Positions 44,146-52,444 of a stretch of DNA of 64,000 bases are shown piece by piece; the first letter of the stretch is position 1; the number at the start of each line of letters is the position of its first letter. Origin of the DNA: Candidatus Spyradocola sp. (GTDB lineage: Bacteria > Bacillota > Clostridia > Christensenellales > UBA1750); assembly GCA_050942925.1 (NCBI GenBank), contig JBMNOF010000001.1, forward strand, positions 69,712-133,711. The letters are read 5' to 3'. The notes under the pieces were generated by a model. The model did not search any database, had not been told where the DNA came from, and saw only the letters and a program-made list of their open reading frames with translations. The position numbers were made by a program, and so were the translations under genes.

Positions 44146-44667
44146 TCACCACTTCTTAAACAGGGAACTGCGCATGCCCACCGGCGAGAAGAGCCACAGC
44201 CCCAGGATGAACGGCACATTGTACAGGAAGAGTCCGTGGTACGCCAGAATGTCGTACGCATCCAGCACCATGGAGGTGGCAAAGCCAAAGACGCCGCTGA
44301 GGATGGAAACGAGCAGCGTCATGAGCACATGCACCGCGATAAACACCGCAAAGAGGATGTTTTCCAGGCTTCTGCGGTCGGGATTGCCCGCCTTGCGGAA
44401 GATCACATACCAAATTGCCATCAGCAGCACCGAGAGGCCCGCCGTCGTGCCATAGGCGCCGGCCATGACTGAAAACCAGACCTGGCGCACAGCCTCGTCC
44501 GTCAGGTTCTCCACGCCCGCGATGCCCACGCTCTGCAAAAACTCATACGCAAAGGGCGTGCTCGCCATGTTCCACGACAGGAACGCCAGCAGGAGCCCCG
44601 TGAGCACCGCGTACATCACCACCAATATGGCGATGTGCTTGCCATTGTTGTCCATGCTTCTAGCCAA
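44146..44667 (-). CDS. Small polytopic membrane protein (4-5 TM), hypothetical
   Basis: 173 aa with hydrophobic helices throughout. Probable TTG start at 44667 preceded by GAAGGGAAGGA. Sandwiched between the vWA-like and tubulin-like genes. Confidence 0.55.
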   Translation of the reverse strand: MARSMDNNGKHIAILVVMYAVLTGLLLAFLSWNMASTPFAYEFLQSVGIAGVENLTDEAVRQVWFSVMAGAYGTTAGLSVLLMAIWYVIFRKAGNPDRRSLENILFAVFIAVHVLMTLLVSILSGVFGFATSMVLDAYDILAYHGLFLYNVPFILGLWLFSPVGMRSSLFKKW

Positions 44668-44694
44668 CTCTTCATCCTTCCCTTCGTGTGCGGT

Positions 44695-46545
44695 TTATTC
44701 ACTGCGGAAATACCCCTGCTCGTCCACATACAGGTCGACGTAAAAACTCACCAGGTCGTGCGTGGGCGACAGGGCGTTCGCGCCCGTGGTCTGCACGGTG
44801 TTGGAGGAGACCACGAGCTGGTTCATGATGCGCTTGAGGTACAGCGTCTTAGAGCCGTCAAAGCTCGCCGGATCGCTCAGCCAGGTCAGCTCGTCCGCCA
44901 CCGAGATGTCCCACTCGTCCACCCACGGCTCCAGGTCCGTGGGGAACAGGTCGGCCGGGCACTGGGCCGAGGCCGTGAGCAGGATGCGGTAGATGCCGAT
45001 GTCCTCCGGCGTCTGCAGGGTCACGCGGAAAGTGACCGGGCAGGTGAGCGCCTCGCCGTCGCGCTGGGCCTCGCCCACGGAGAGGACTTCCACGCCCTTC
45101 ACCAGGGCCGCGGAGGTCTCGTCTGCGACAAAGTCACCGGCATAGCGGCTGGAGCCGACGGTCGCGGTGATGGGCAGGCCCGTTTCCTCCGCGGTCTGCG
45201 CGCCGGCGTCGCTGCCGGTGCGCCGGCCGGAGGCAACCTCCTGCAGGACCGTGCGCTCGACCTGCGCCTCCGCCGTGAAGGTAAAGGTCGAGAAGTCCAC
45301 CTCCTTGTCCGTCAAAACGCGGACCGGGACGGTGAAGTCAAAGTACACGCTCTCCGGCTCCTGGGCGGGCGCCGGGGTCTGCCCGCGTGCCGTGGCCTCT
45401 GCACGCGGAATCGTGTAGCGCAGGTCCGCGACCTGGCCGCTGGCAAGCGATGTTTCGTCCTTCTGCGTCTGGCCCGTGAGCGTGCCGTCCGTGGCAAAAC
45501 CGGTGATGTCCGCCGCGTCTGCGGCCTCGCCCCAGTTCCCCGTCTTCATCAGCTGCACTTCACAGGTATAGAACTCGTTGTCCGCGATCTCGGCATCGAA
45601 CTTCTCCTTCAGCGCCTGCGCAAAGGCATTGACCTCGTTCTCGTCGCCGATGAGCAGCAGGTAGAAGGGGTGGGACTTGTACTCGACGAAGTTCCGGTTC
45701 TCGTCCACGCCGTAGTTGATGGTCTGGTCGCTCTCCCCGATGTCATAGATGGGGCCAGCAAACTCGCTCTGGATGCCGAGCACGGCGACGGTCTTTCCCT
45801 GGGAGAAGAAGCGGTCGGTCATGAGCCGCCCGATGCTCTCCACCATGCCCTTTTCCTCGTAGAGGTCGGTCACGATGACGTTGAGGCTGTCGGGGTTGGC
45901 CATGGTCAGCGCGGTGCGCAGGGGCGGGAGGGTCTGGCTGTCCCAGTTGACGGCCGCAATGGAGCGGACCTTGTCCGTTACGGCTTGCAGCACGTCGCCC
46001 TCGCCGGCGCTGTAGTCGGCAAAGTAGGTGGTCTTGCTGTAGAAGTCCGCCTGCTCGTAGGCGCGGACGGTATCGCCTGCGGAGATCGGCGCAAAGGCGT
46101 ACAGGGAGCGCGTCAGCTCCTCCAGCGTCTGGCCCGTTTCGCCCAGGTAGGCGTCCATGCCCTCGATGTCCGCGAAATCCTCAGGCAGCAGGGAGACCTC
46201 AAAGCGATAATACGAAACGTCCGCCTGAATCCACATGTTGTAGGCGGTCTCCTCGATGCGGGGCAGCGCCTTGCGGTAGGCGGTGGCCAGGTCCCCGGCC
46301 ACGAACCCCGCCATGGAGGGCGTGCCATCCATCCAAATATCGACCTGCACATCGGCGTTGGGGTCCAGTGTGACGGAGGTTCCGTCCTCCCCGCCGGTTG
46401 CGGTTGGCTGTTCATAGGCGGGAACGCCCGCATAATCCCGAATGTGCACTTGGCTGGCCGTCGTGCTCGTCCTGCCTCTGCAGCCGGTGAGCAACAAAAC
46501 CAGAGCCAGCGCAGCGCACCATGCGCTTCTCTTCCTCATGTACAT
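44695..46545 (-). CDS. Lipoprotein with N-terminal vWA-like domain (MIDAS-like DxTxS) and beta-rich C-terminal region
   Basis: Lipobox LLLTGC. VQVDIWMDGTPSMAGF (~46311-46344) resembles vWA beta1 plus a MIDAS DxS/TxS. ..SLNVIVTDLYEE.. (~45856-45882) resembles the vWA beta4 'TD' motif. Alternating beta/alpha pattern in between. Start is ATG 46545 or 46539. Confidence 0.55.
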   Translation of the reverse strand: MYMRKRSAWCAALALVLLLTGCRGRTSTTASQVHIRDYAGVPAYEQPTATGGEDGTSVTLDPNADVQVDIWMDGTPSMAGFVAGDLATAYRKALPRIEETAYNMWIQADVSYYRFEVSLLPEDFADIEGMDAYLGETGQTLEELTRSLYAFAPISAGDTVRAYEQADFYSKTTYFADYSAGEGDVLQAVTDKVRSIAAVNWDSQTLPPLRTALTMANPDSLNVIVTDLYEEKGMVESIGRLMTDRFFSQGKTVAVLGIQSEFAGPIYDIGESDQTINYGVDENRNFVEYKSHPFYLLLIGDENEVNAFAQALKEKFDAEIADNEFYTCEVQLMKTGNWGEAADAADITGFATDGTLTGQTQKDETSLASGQVADLRYTIPRAEATARGQTPAPAQEPESVYFDFTVPVRVLTDKEVDFSTFTFTAEAQVERTVLQEVASGRRTGSDAGAQTAEETGLPITATVGSSRYAGDFVADETSAALVKGVEVLSVGEAQRDGEALTCPVTFRVTLQTPEDIGIYRILLTASAQCPADLFPTDLEPWVDEWDISVADELTWLSDPASFDGSKTLYLKRIMNQLVVSSNTVQTTGANALSPTHDLVSFYVDLYVDEQGYFRSE

Positions 46546-46570
46546 ACATCCTCCAACGTTTCTTTCCCTT

Positions 46571-46600
46571 ATTATACGGCACCGCTCCCCGACTCCGCAA
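46571..46600 (-). promoter_or_regulatory. Candidate promoter of the vWA/tubulin-like/Hsp70-like operon
   Basis: Minus strand: TTGCGG (46600-46595), 18 nt, TATAAT (46576-46571). Located between the upstream terminator and the first gene. Confidence 0.5.
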
Positions 46601-46671
46601 CCCAAAATGATGCGTTCGCTTTGCGGGAATGCCCATTCAAATAAACGCTTTGCACGGGGAAAACGTGCCCT

Positions 46672-46706
46672 CCAAAAGCGCAAAAGAACCGGTTTTTTCC
46701 GGTTCT
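46672..46706 (-). terminator. Intrinsic terminator after the DUF1846 gene
   Basis: AGAACCGG / CCGGTTCT stem with a 6-nt loop, followed on the minus strand by TTTTGCGCTTTTGG. Confidence 0.65.
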
Positions 46707-46722
46707 CTTGTCGTTCTTGTTC

Positions 46723-48210
46723 TTATACGTAATACAGGTCCTTGTTGGGATAGGTGTCCTCGCAGGTGTACTGCAGGCCCAGGCGGGAGAGCATGACCTC
46801 GTTGCTCTGGGAGAGCATGTAGGAGGCATGGGCCTGGCAGTTGCGCAGGTCCGAGAGCTTTTTTACGGCCAATTCCGCCACGGGGTTGGTCGCCGCGCAG
46901 ATGGAGAGGGAGAGCAGCACCTCGTCCAGGCTGAGCACGGGCTCGGCAATGCCCAGCACGTTCTTCTTGAGCTGCACAATGGGCTCCAGAATGATGTGGG
47001 AGAGGAGGTAGATGTCGTCGGCAATGCCGGCAAGACGCTTGACGGCGTTGAGCACGGCGCTGGCGTCGGCGTTCATGATGCCGGCACCGCGGCCGGTGAC
47101 CATGGACCCATCCGGCAGTTCGATGGCAAAGGCCGGGCAGCCCGTCTGTTCGGCGCGATCCAGCGCGGGCTTTACCACGCGCCGGTCCTCGGGCGAGAGG
47201 TCCAGGCTCTTCATGACCATCTCGGTCTTCTGCACGGTTTCCTCGTCCGCGCGGCCCTTGGCATAGTCGACCTTTGCGCGGTAGTAGCGCCGGATGATCT
47301 CCTGCTTGGCGGCCTCGCGCACGACCTCGTCGTCAAAGATGCCATACCCCACCATGTTGACGCCCATGTCCGTCGGGGAGTGGTAGATGGCGTCGCTGCC
47401 CGTGATCTTCATCAAGATGCGGCGCAGCACGGGGAAGGCCTCAATATCGCGGTTGTAGTTGACGGTGGTGACCCCGTAGGCCTCCAAATGGAAGGGATCG
47501 ATCATGTTGACGTCCTTCAAGTCCGCCGTCGCCGCCTCATAGGCCAGGTTCACCGGGTGCTTGAGGGGCAGGTTCCAGACGGGGAAGGTCTCAAACTTGG
47601 CATAGCCCGCCTGCACGCCGCGCTTGTACTCGTGGTAGAGCTGGGAAAGGCAGGTGGCCAGCTTTCCCGAGCAGGGGCCGGGCGCCGTGACCACGACCAG
47701 GGGCCGCGTCGTCTCCACAAAGTCGTTCTTGCCATATCCCTCGTCGGAGACGACCAGATCCACGTCCATCGGGTAGCCCTGAATCGGATAGTGCAGGTAG
47801 GCGCGCTCGCCGCGCAGCTCCAGCATCTTGCGGAAGGCGTCGGCCGCCGGCTGGCCCTTGTACTGCGTGATGACCACGGCCGAGACGTACAGGCCCATCC
47901 GGCGGAGCTGGTCCATCAGGCGCAGCAGGTCCATGTCATAGGTGATGCCCAGATCCGCGCGGTACTTGCCGTTGCCGATATCCCCGGCGTTGATGCAGAA
48001 AATGATCTCCGCCTGGTCGCGGAACTGCTGCAAAAGACCGATCTTGGCGTCGGGCTTGAAGCCCGGCAGCACGCGCGAGGCATGCAGGTCGTCAAAGAGC
48101 TTGCCGCCAAATTCCAGGTAGAGCTTATTGCCAAACCGCTCGATCCGCTCGCGGATGGCTTGGGACTGGCGTTGAATGTAGAGATCGTTGTCGAAGCCGA
48201 TTTTTTGCAT
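46723..48210 (-). CDS. DUF1846 (UPF0371) family protein
   Basis: 495 aa starting MQKIGFDNDLYIQRQSQAIRERIERFGNKLYLEFGGKLFDD..HASRVLPGF.., a strongly conserved UPF0371 N-terminus, collinear throughout. Start trimmed to ATG 48210. Confidence 0.8.
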   Translation of the reverse strand: MQKIGFDNDLYIQRQSQAIRERIERFGNKLYLEFGGKLFDDLHASRVLPGFKPDAKIGLLQQFRDQAEIIFCINAGDIGNGKYRADLGITYDMDLLRLMDQLRRMGLYVSAVVITQYKGQPAADAFRKMLELRGERAYLHYPIQGYPMDVDLVVSDEGYGKNDFVETTRPLVVVTAPGPCSGKLATCLSQLYHEYKRGVQAGYAKFETFPVWNLPLKHPVNLAYEAATADLKDVNMIDPFHLEAYGVTTVNYNRDIEAFPVLRRILMKITGSDAIYHSPTDMGVNMVGYGIFDDEVVREAAKQEIIRRYYRAKVDYAKGRADEETVQKTEMVMKSLDLSPEDRRVVKPALDRAEQTGCPAFAIELPDGSMVTGRGAGIMNADASAVLNAVKRLAGIADDIYLLSHIILEPIVQLKKNVLGIAEPVLSLDEVLLSLSICAATNPVAELAVKKLSDLRNCQAHASYMLSQSNEVMLSRLGLQYTCEDTYPNKDLYYV

Positions 48211-48305
48211 TTTATCCCCTCCCCGTCGGTAAAAAAGCGATGCCAACAAGCAGGGGACCACCGCGAGATGCGGCGCTCCCCTATTCCCTTCTCTTTCTGT
48301 GTGCT

Positions 48306-50009
48306 TTACATCTTCTCCGGTGCATCCACGCCGATGAGCGACAGCGCCGTGCGCAGGCACGAGGCGGTGGCCGCGGTGAGGTTTACGCGCGCGGCGGAGG
48401 CGGCCGCGTCCTCGGTGAGGATGCGGTTCTCGTAGTAATACCGGTTGAAGTTGGACGCCAACTCCACCGTAAAGCGCGTCACGAGCGAGGGCTCGTTGCG
48501 CTGGCAGGCCTCGCGCACGACCTCCGGGAAGCGCTCCAGAGACCGGACGACCTCCTGTGCGGTCGCATTCTCCAGCGCGGCGTAATCCGGTGCGGCGGTG
48601 AGTTCCCCGGCCTTGGAGAGCACGGAGCAGCAGCGCGCATGCGTGTACTGCACATAGGGGCCGGTTTCGCCGTCAAAGTTCAACACGCGGTCCCACCGGA
48701 AGTCGATGTCCTTGATGCGGTTGTTGAACAGGTCGAAGAACACGACCGCGCCGATGCCGACCTGGCGCGCGACCTTGTCCTTGTCCGCGAGGTTCGGGCT
48801 CTTCTCCTCGATGATCTCGCGCGCCTTTTCCACCGCGCGGGTGAGCAGCTCGTCCAGGTACACCACGTAGCCTTCGCGCGTGGACAGGGCGCGGCCCTCA
48901 TAGGAGACCATGCCGAACGCCACGTGCTCCAGGTCCTTGTACCAGTCGTACCCCATCTTCTCCACGACCTTGAACCACTGGCGGAAGTGCAGGTCCTGCT
49001 GGTAGGCCACGACGTAGAGGTCCTTATAGAAATTGTAGGTCTTTTTGCGGTAGAACGCGGCCGCCAGGTCGCGCGTGGCGTAGAGCGTGGCGCCGTCCTT
49101 CTTGAGGATCAGGCAGGGCGGCATGCCGTCCTCCTCCAGATCCACGACATAGGCGCCCTGGCTCTCCTTGAGCAGGCCCTTTTCGCGCAGCTCGTCGATG
49201 ACGGGCTGCATCTTATCATTATAGAAGCTCTCCCCCGCATAGGAGTCGAACTTCACGCCGAGCATGTCGTAGACGCGCTCCGCGTCCTTGAGGGTGATCT
49301 CCTTGAACTTGTTGAAGATGCGCAGGGCTTCGGGATCGCCGTCCTCGATCTTCTTGAACCACAGGCGGCCTTCGTCCTCCAGGGAGGGGTCCTTTTCCGC
49401 CTCCTTGTGGAAGCGGACGTAGAGCTCCGTCAGGGCGTTGACGCCGCCCTTGTCGATCTGCTCGCGGCTGCCCCACTTGAGGTAGGCAGCGATCATCTTG
49501 CCAAACTGCGTGCCCCAGTCACCCAGGTGGTTGATGCCCACGCACTTGTAGCCCAGGTGCTCATAGATCTTGTAGAGCGCATTGCCGATCATGGTGGTGG
49601 ACAAATGCCCGATGTGGAAGCGCTTGGCGATGTTGATCGAGGAGTAGTCGATGCAGATGACGCGCCCCTGGCCCTCGTCCGACGATCCGTAGCGCTCGCC
49701 CTGTTCCAGCACGCGCTCCACGATGGACTGCGCGTACCCCGTCTTGTGCAGGAAGAAATTGAGGTATCCGCCCACGCACTCCACGCGCTCGATCACCGCA
49801 TCCGGCGCAATGCGCCCGGAGAGCTCCGCCGCGATCTTCGGCGGCGCCATGCGCAGCGTCTTGGACAGCCGGAAGCAGGGGAAGGCAAAGTCCCCCATCT
49901 CGGGGTTGGGCGGCGTCTCGAGGAAGCTGGGGATTCCCTCCACGCTCGCATCGAAGGCCTCGCGCAGGGCCCCCGCAATCTTTTCGGCAAGGTACGCCTT
50001 AAATTCCAT
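48306..50009 (-). CDS. argS: Arginine--tRNA ligase
   Basis: 567 aa. Class-I HIGH motif (..INIAKRFHIGHLSTTMIGNAL..), an N-terminal Arg-tRNA-binding domain and a C-terminal DALR anticodon-binding region ending ..GVDAPEKM. Confidence 0.9.
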   Translation of the reverse strand: MEFKAYLAEKIAGALREAFDASVEGIPSFLETPPNPEMGDFAFPCFRLSKTLRMAPPKIAAELSGRIAPDAVIERVECVGGYLNFFLHKTGYAQSIVERVLEQGERYGSSDEGQGRVICIDYSSINIAKRFHIGHLSTTMIGNALYKIYEHLGYKCVGINHLGDWGTQFGKMIAAYLKWGSREQIDKGGVNALTELYVRFHKEAEKDPSLEDEGRLWFKKIEDGDPEALRIFNKFKEITLKDAERVYDMLGVKFDSYAGESFYNDKMQPVIDELREKGLLKESQGAYVVDLEEDGMPPCLILKKDGATLYATRDLAAAFYRKKTYNFYKDLYVVAYQQDLHFRQWFKVVEKMGYDWYKDLEHVAFGMVSYEGRALSTREGYVVYLDELLTRAVEKAREIIEEKSPNLADKDKVARQVGIGAVVFFDLFNNRIKDIDFRWDRVLNFDGETGPYVQYTHARCCSVLSKAGELTAAPDYAALENATAQEVVRSLERFPEVVREACQRNEPSLVTRFTVELASNFNRYYYENRILTEDAAASAARVNLTAATASCLRTALSLIGVDAPEKM

Positions 50010-50100
50010 AGTCCACCTCTCCTAAAAACACATTTCAAACCTAATCATAGCATATTTCCTGCCTTTTTCCTAGGGGACGGCAGACATTTTACAATGCGCA

Positions 50101-50145
50101 AGAAAAAGAAAGAACCCCACCGGAAACGGGTTCCGGTAGGGTTCT
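50101..50145 (-). terminator. Intrinsic terminator after solute-binding protein gene 1
   Basis: AGAACCCCACCGGAA / TTCCGGTAGGGTTCT stem (one mismatch), then TTCTTTTTCT on the minus strand. Confidence 0.7.
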
Positions 50146-50156
50146 TGAGCGGGCAA

Positions 50157-51893
50157 TTAGCCTTCCGCGCTCTCCGTGGGGGCCTCGCTCGCAGCGGGCT
50201 CCGCAGAGGCAGCGGGCTCCTCGGAAGCAGCGGGCTCCTCGGAAGCAGCGGGCTCCTCAGAAGCAGCGGGCTCCTCAGAAGCAGTGGGCTCCGCAGAGGC
50301 AGCGGGCACTTCCACCGCGCCGACGGTCGCTCTCCACTCGTCGTACTGCGCCTGGACATCGGCCTTCAGCTCGTCAAGGCCAGCGGCCTTCAGGTCGGCG
50401 ATGTACTGGGGCAGAGCCGTGGAGGGATCCACAGCGCCGGAGATCAGCGCGTTGTTCATGCCATCGGCGACGTTGTTCAGAGACGCCATGATGGTCTCCA
50501 TCTCATCGGGCATCTTGTAGCGGAAGCCCAGGGACGGGTGCGCGACGGCATCCGCAGAGTAATCCTGCAGGAGCTGGTTCTTCTCAGGATCCTCGTCAAC
50601 GGTCACGTCCTGCAGAACGGTGTTGCCGAAGGTCCAAGCGCCGCCGTGCGCGCTGTACCAAGAGGAGTCGATCAGCTCAACGCGGCCGTCATCCGCAAAG
50701 GTCCACATGGTCTCCGGCACGCCAAAGACCAGCATGTCCAGCAGGGTGGTGTCGCTGTACATCATGTTGATGAACTTCATCGCGACATCCGGATGCTCAC
50801 AGGTGACAGGAATGGCGAGCATAGCGCCACCGGTGTGGTTGGTGGTGACGATCTTGGGCTGGGTGTAAACTTCCGTCAGGTTCAGGTTCGGGTTGCCGGA
50901 GGCATTCTTCATCTCCTGAGCCTTGATGTTGTTGCCCTTCAGGGGCGCGGTGTAGACCAGGAACTCGCCCGCGTTGAACTGGGTCAGCGCGTCGTACTGC
51001 GCAAGAGCGGTGTCGGGATGGACATAGCCAGCCTGCGCGTACTTGTACATGATCTGTGCGTAGTTCGCGTACTCCTCAGACTCCCAGACGGAGTAGACGG
51101 TGTTGTCCCAGGTGCCGTCCTCCTTGGGGGAGAGGTAGGTGCTCAGCAGGTTGTAGGTCAGACCCGCGACGAAGCTCTCGCTCCAGGGATCCTCACACCA
51201 ACGACGGTCGGTGACGTAGGGGTACTGATCGGGATGGAGCTCCTTGTACGCAGCCAGGTAGGGCTCCAGATCCGCGATGCCGGTGATCGTGGTGGGGTCC
51301 ATGCCGACCTCGTTGGCCGCATCGATGTTCACGATGTAGCCATTGGGAACGCACAGCTCCTTGTTGACAGGCACCGCGTAGTTGATACCGTCAATCTGGG
51401 TACCGGTGATGAACAGCGGGTTCAGGCTGTTGGTGATGTCCTGGCCGTAGGTCTCCAGCAGGTTGCCGTACGCGCCGTTGTCATCGTTCAGCGCCGTGAA
51501 CAGGCCCTGCATAACGGAACGGGTGTACTGCTTCCAGTCCGCCGTGAAGAACAGGTCAATCGGCTCGCCGGACTGCAGAGCGGTCAGCGCGCGGGAATCC
51601 CAGTCCGCCCAGCTGACGATGCGGAACTCCACGTTCGCGCCGATCAGGGGCTCAATGTAGGCGTTGATCGCATCCTGGACGGACTCGCGGGAGCTCGTGT
51701 CCTGGTTGCCGATCTCGTAATACAGCAAGTTGACAACTTCACCGGTCTCGGTGCTGGCGGTGGGCTCGCTGCTCTCAGTCGCAGCGCCATCCGTGGTGGC
51801 CGGAGACTCGGCGGGCTCTTCCGTGCCGGTGCAAGCGGTCATCGCGAACACCATGGCCAGCGCAAGAACCAACGCAAGAATCTTCTTGGTCAT
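50157..51893 (-). CDS. ABC transporter extracellular solute-binding lipoprotein (LplA/LipO-like, family 1), paralog 1
   Basis: Signal/lipobox MTKKILALVLALAMVFAMTAC. About 60% identity by eye to the two neighbouring paralogs (shared ..IEPLIGAN.., ..FFTADW.., ..NDDNG.YGNLLE.YGQ.., ..FITGTQ..GINYAVP.NKELCVP.., ..LAAYKELHP..). C-terminal (PAASEE)n tail. Confidence 0.85.
   Translation of the reverse strand: MTKKILALVLALAMVFAMTACTGTEEPAESPATTDGAATESSEPTASTETGEVVNLLYYEIGNQDTSSRESVQDAINAYIEPLIGANVEFRIVSWADWDSRALTALQSGEPIDLFFTADWKQYTRSVMQGLFTALNDDNGAYGNLLETYGQDITNSLNPLFITGTQIDGINYAVPVNKELCVPNGYIVNIDAANEVGMDPTTITGIADLEPYLAAYKELHPDQYPYVTDRRWCEDPWSESFVAGLTYNLLSTYLSPKEDGTWDNTVYSVWESEEYANYAQIMYKYAQAGYVHPDTALAQYDALTQFNAGEFLVYTAPLKGNNIKAQEMKNASGNPNLNLTEVYTQPKIVTTNHTGGAMLAIPVTCEHPDVAMKFINMMYSDTTLLDMLVFGVPETMWTFADDGRVELIDSSWYSAHGGAWTFGNTVLQDVTVDEDPEKNQLLQDYSADAVAHPSLGFRYKMPDEMETIMASLNNVADGMNNALISGAVDPSTALPQYIADLKAAGLDELKADVQAQYDEWRATVGAVEVPAASAEPTASEEPAASEEPAASEEPAASEEPAASAEPAASEAPTESAEG
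50191..50298 (-). repeat. 18-bp tandem repeat x6 encoding the (EPAASE)n C-terminal tail of SBP paralog 1
   Basis: GCAGCGGGCTCCTCGGAA-type units are directly adjacent from 50191 to 50298, with 0-3 substitutions per unit. Confidence 0.9.
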
Positions 51894-52380
51894 GTCCTTT
51901 TTCCTCCTTAGACTTCGCTCTTACAGAGCGCTCCCGGGCGATTCCCCCCCCCGGAAACGCTCCCGTTGAACGATGGAGATTATACCACCTCTCATAACAG
52001 TTTGCAACACTTTGTTAAAAGCAATTTCCGGCATTTTTTGTGGATTGTGTCCAAATTCTGACGAAAAAACTTTTACAAATCAAATAAATTTACATGCACG
52101 AAACAGAACACAATAGAATTTTACATAGTTGCAAAAATACAACTAATTTCGTGCAAATTTTCCCCTTTCCATTCTTATGAATATTTCTTAAAATAGAATG
52201 GTTATGTAAAACGGTAATTTTTAGAATTTTGAGTGTGTCCTTCTGTTTTTTTCAAGCAATGGCTTTCTTTACCCCATCTTTTTCAAATTCCTTCTTCTTT
52301 TCCAAAAATTTGGCGGAGCGTTCCAAAGAACGTTCCGCTTTACATAACGCAGAATTAACCTTTTTGCTTTCCTCCCGGAG

Positions 52381-52417
52381 AAAAACAGGCCCCGAAGAGG
52401 GAATCCTCTTCGGGGCC
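52381..52417 (-). terminator. Intrinsic terminator after solute-binding protein gene 2
   Basis: GGCCCCGAAGAGG / CCTCTTCGGGGCC perfect 13-bp stem with a 4-nt loop, then TGTTTTT on the minus strand. Confidence 0.85.
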
Positions 52418-52444
52418 CACAAGGGCTTTGTTCAGTCGAACTGC

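Noticed and set aside
48211-48305. Imperfect hairpin GGGGAGCGCCGC..GCGGTGGTCCCC between argS and the DUF1846 gene as a terminator or attenuator.
   Set aside because: The stem has mismatches and the T-tract is displaced by more than 15 nt. It cannot be distinguished from incidental GC-rich secondary structure.
50191-50298. Regularly spaced short direct repeats as a possible CRISPR array (also 52466-52528 and 36141-36245).
   Set aside because: The repeats are directly adjacent with no spacers and have periods divisible by 3. They lie inside ORFs, where they encode low-complexity peptide linkers. No cas genes are in the window.
52000-52240. Recurring TTTACA(A/T) / (A/T)TGTAAA motif in the AT-rich spacers upstream of the SBP and permease genes (about 52072, 52089, 52119, 54232, 54417, 56311, 58866, 58870 and 58927) as a shared operator.
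   Set aside because: On the coding (minus) strand it reads TTGTAA/ATGTAA, that is -35-like hexamers in AT-rich DNA. At 58870-58875 it is simply the -35 of a TTGTAA-17-TATAAT promoter. There is no consistent dyad or spacing, so it is not separable from promoter and AT-rich background by eye.
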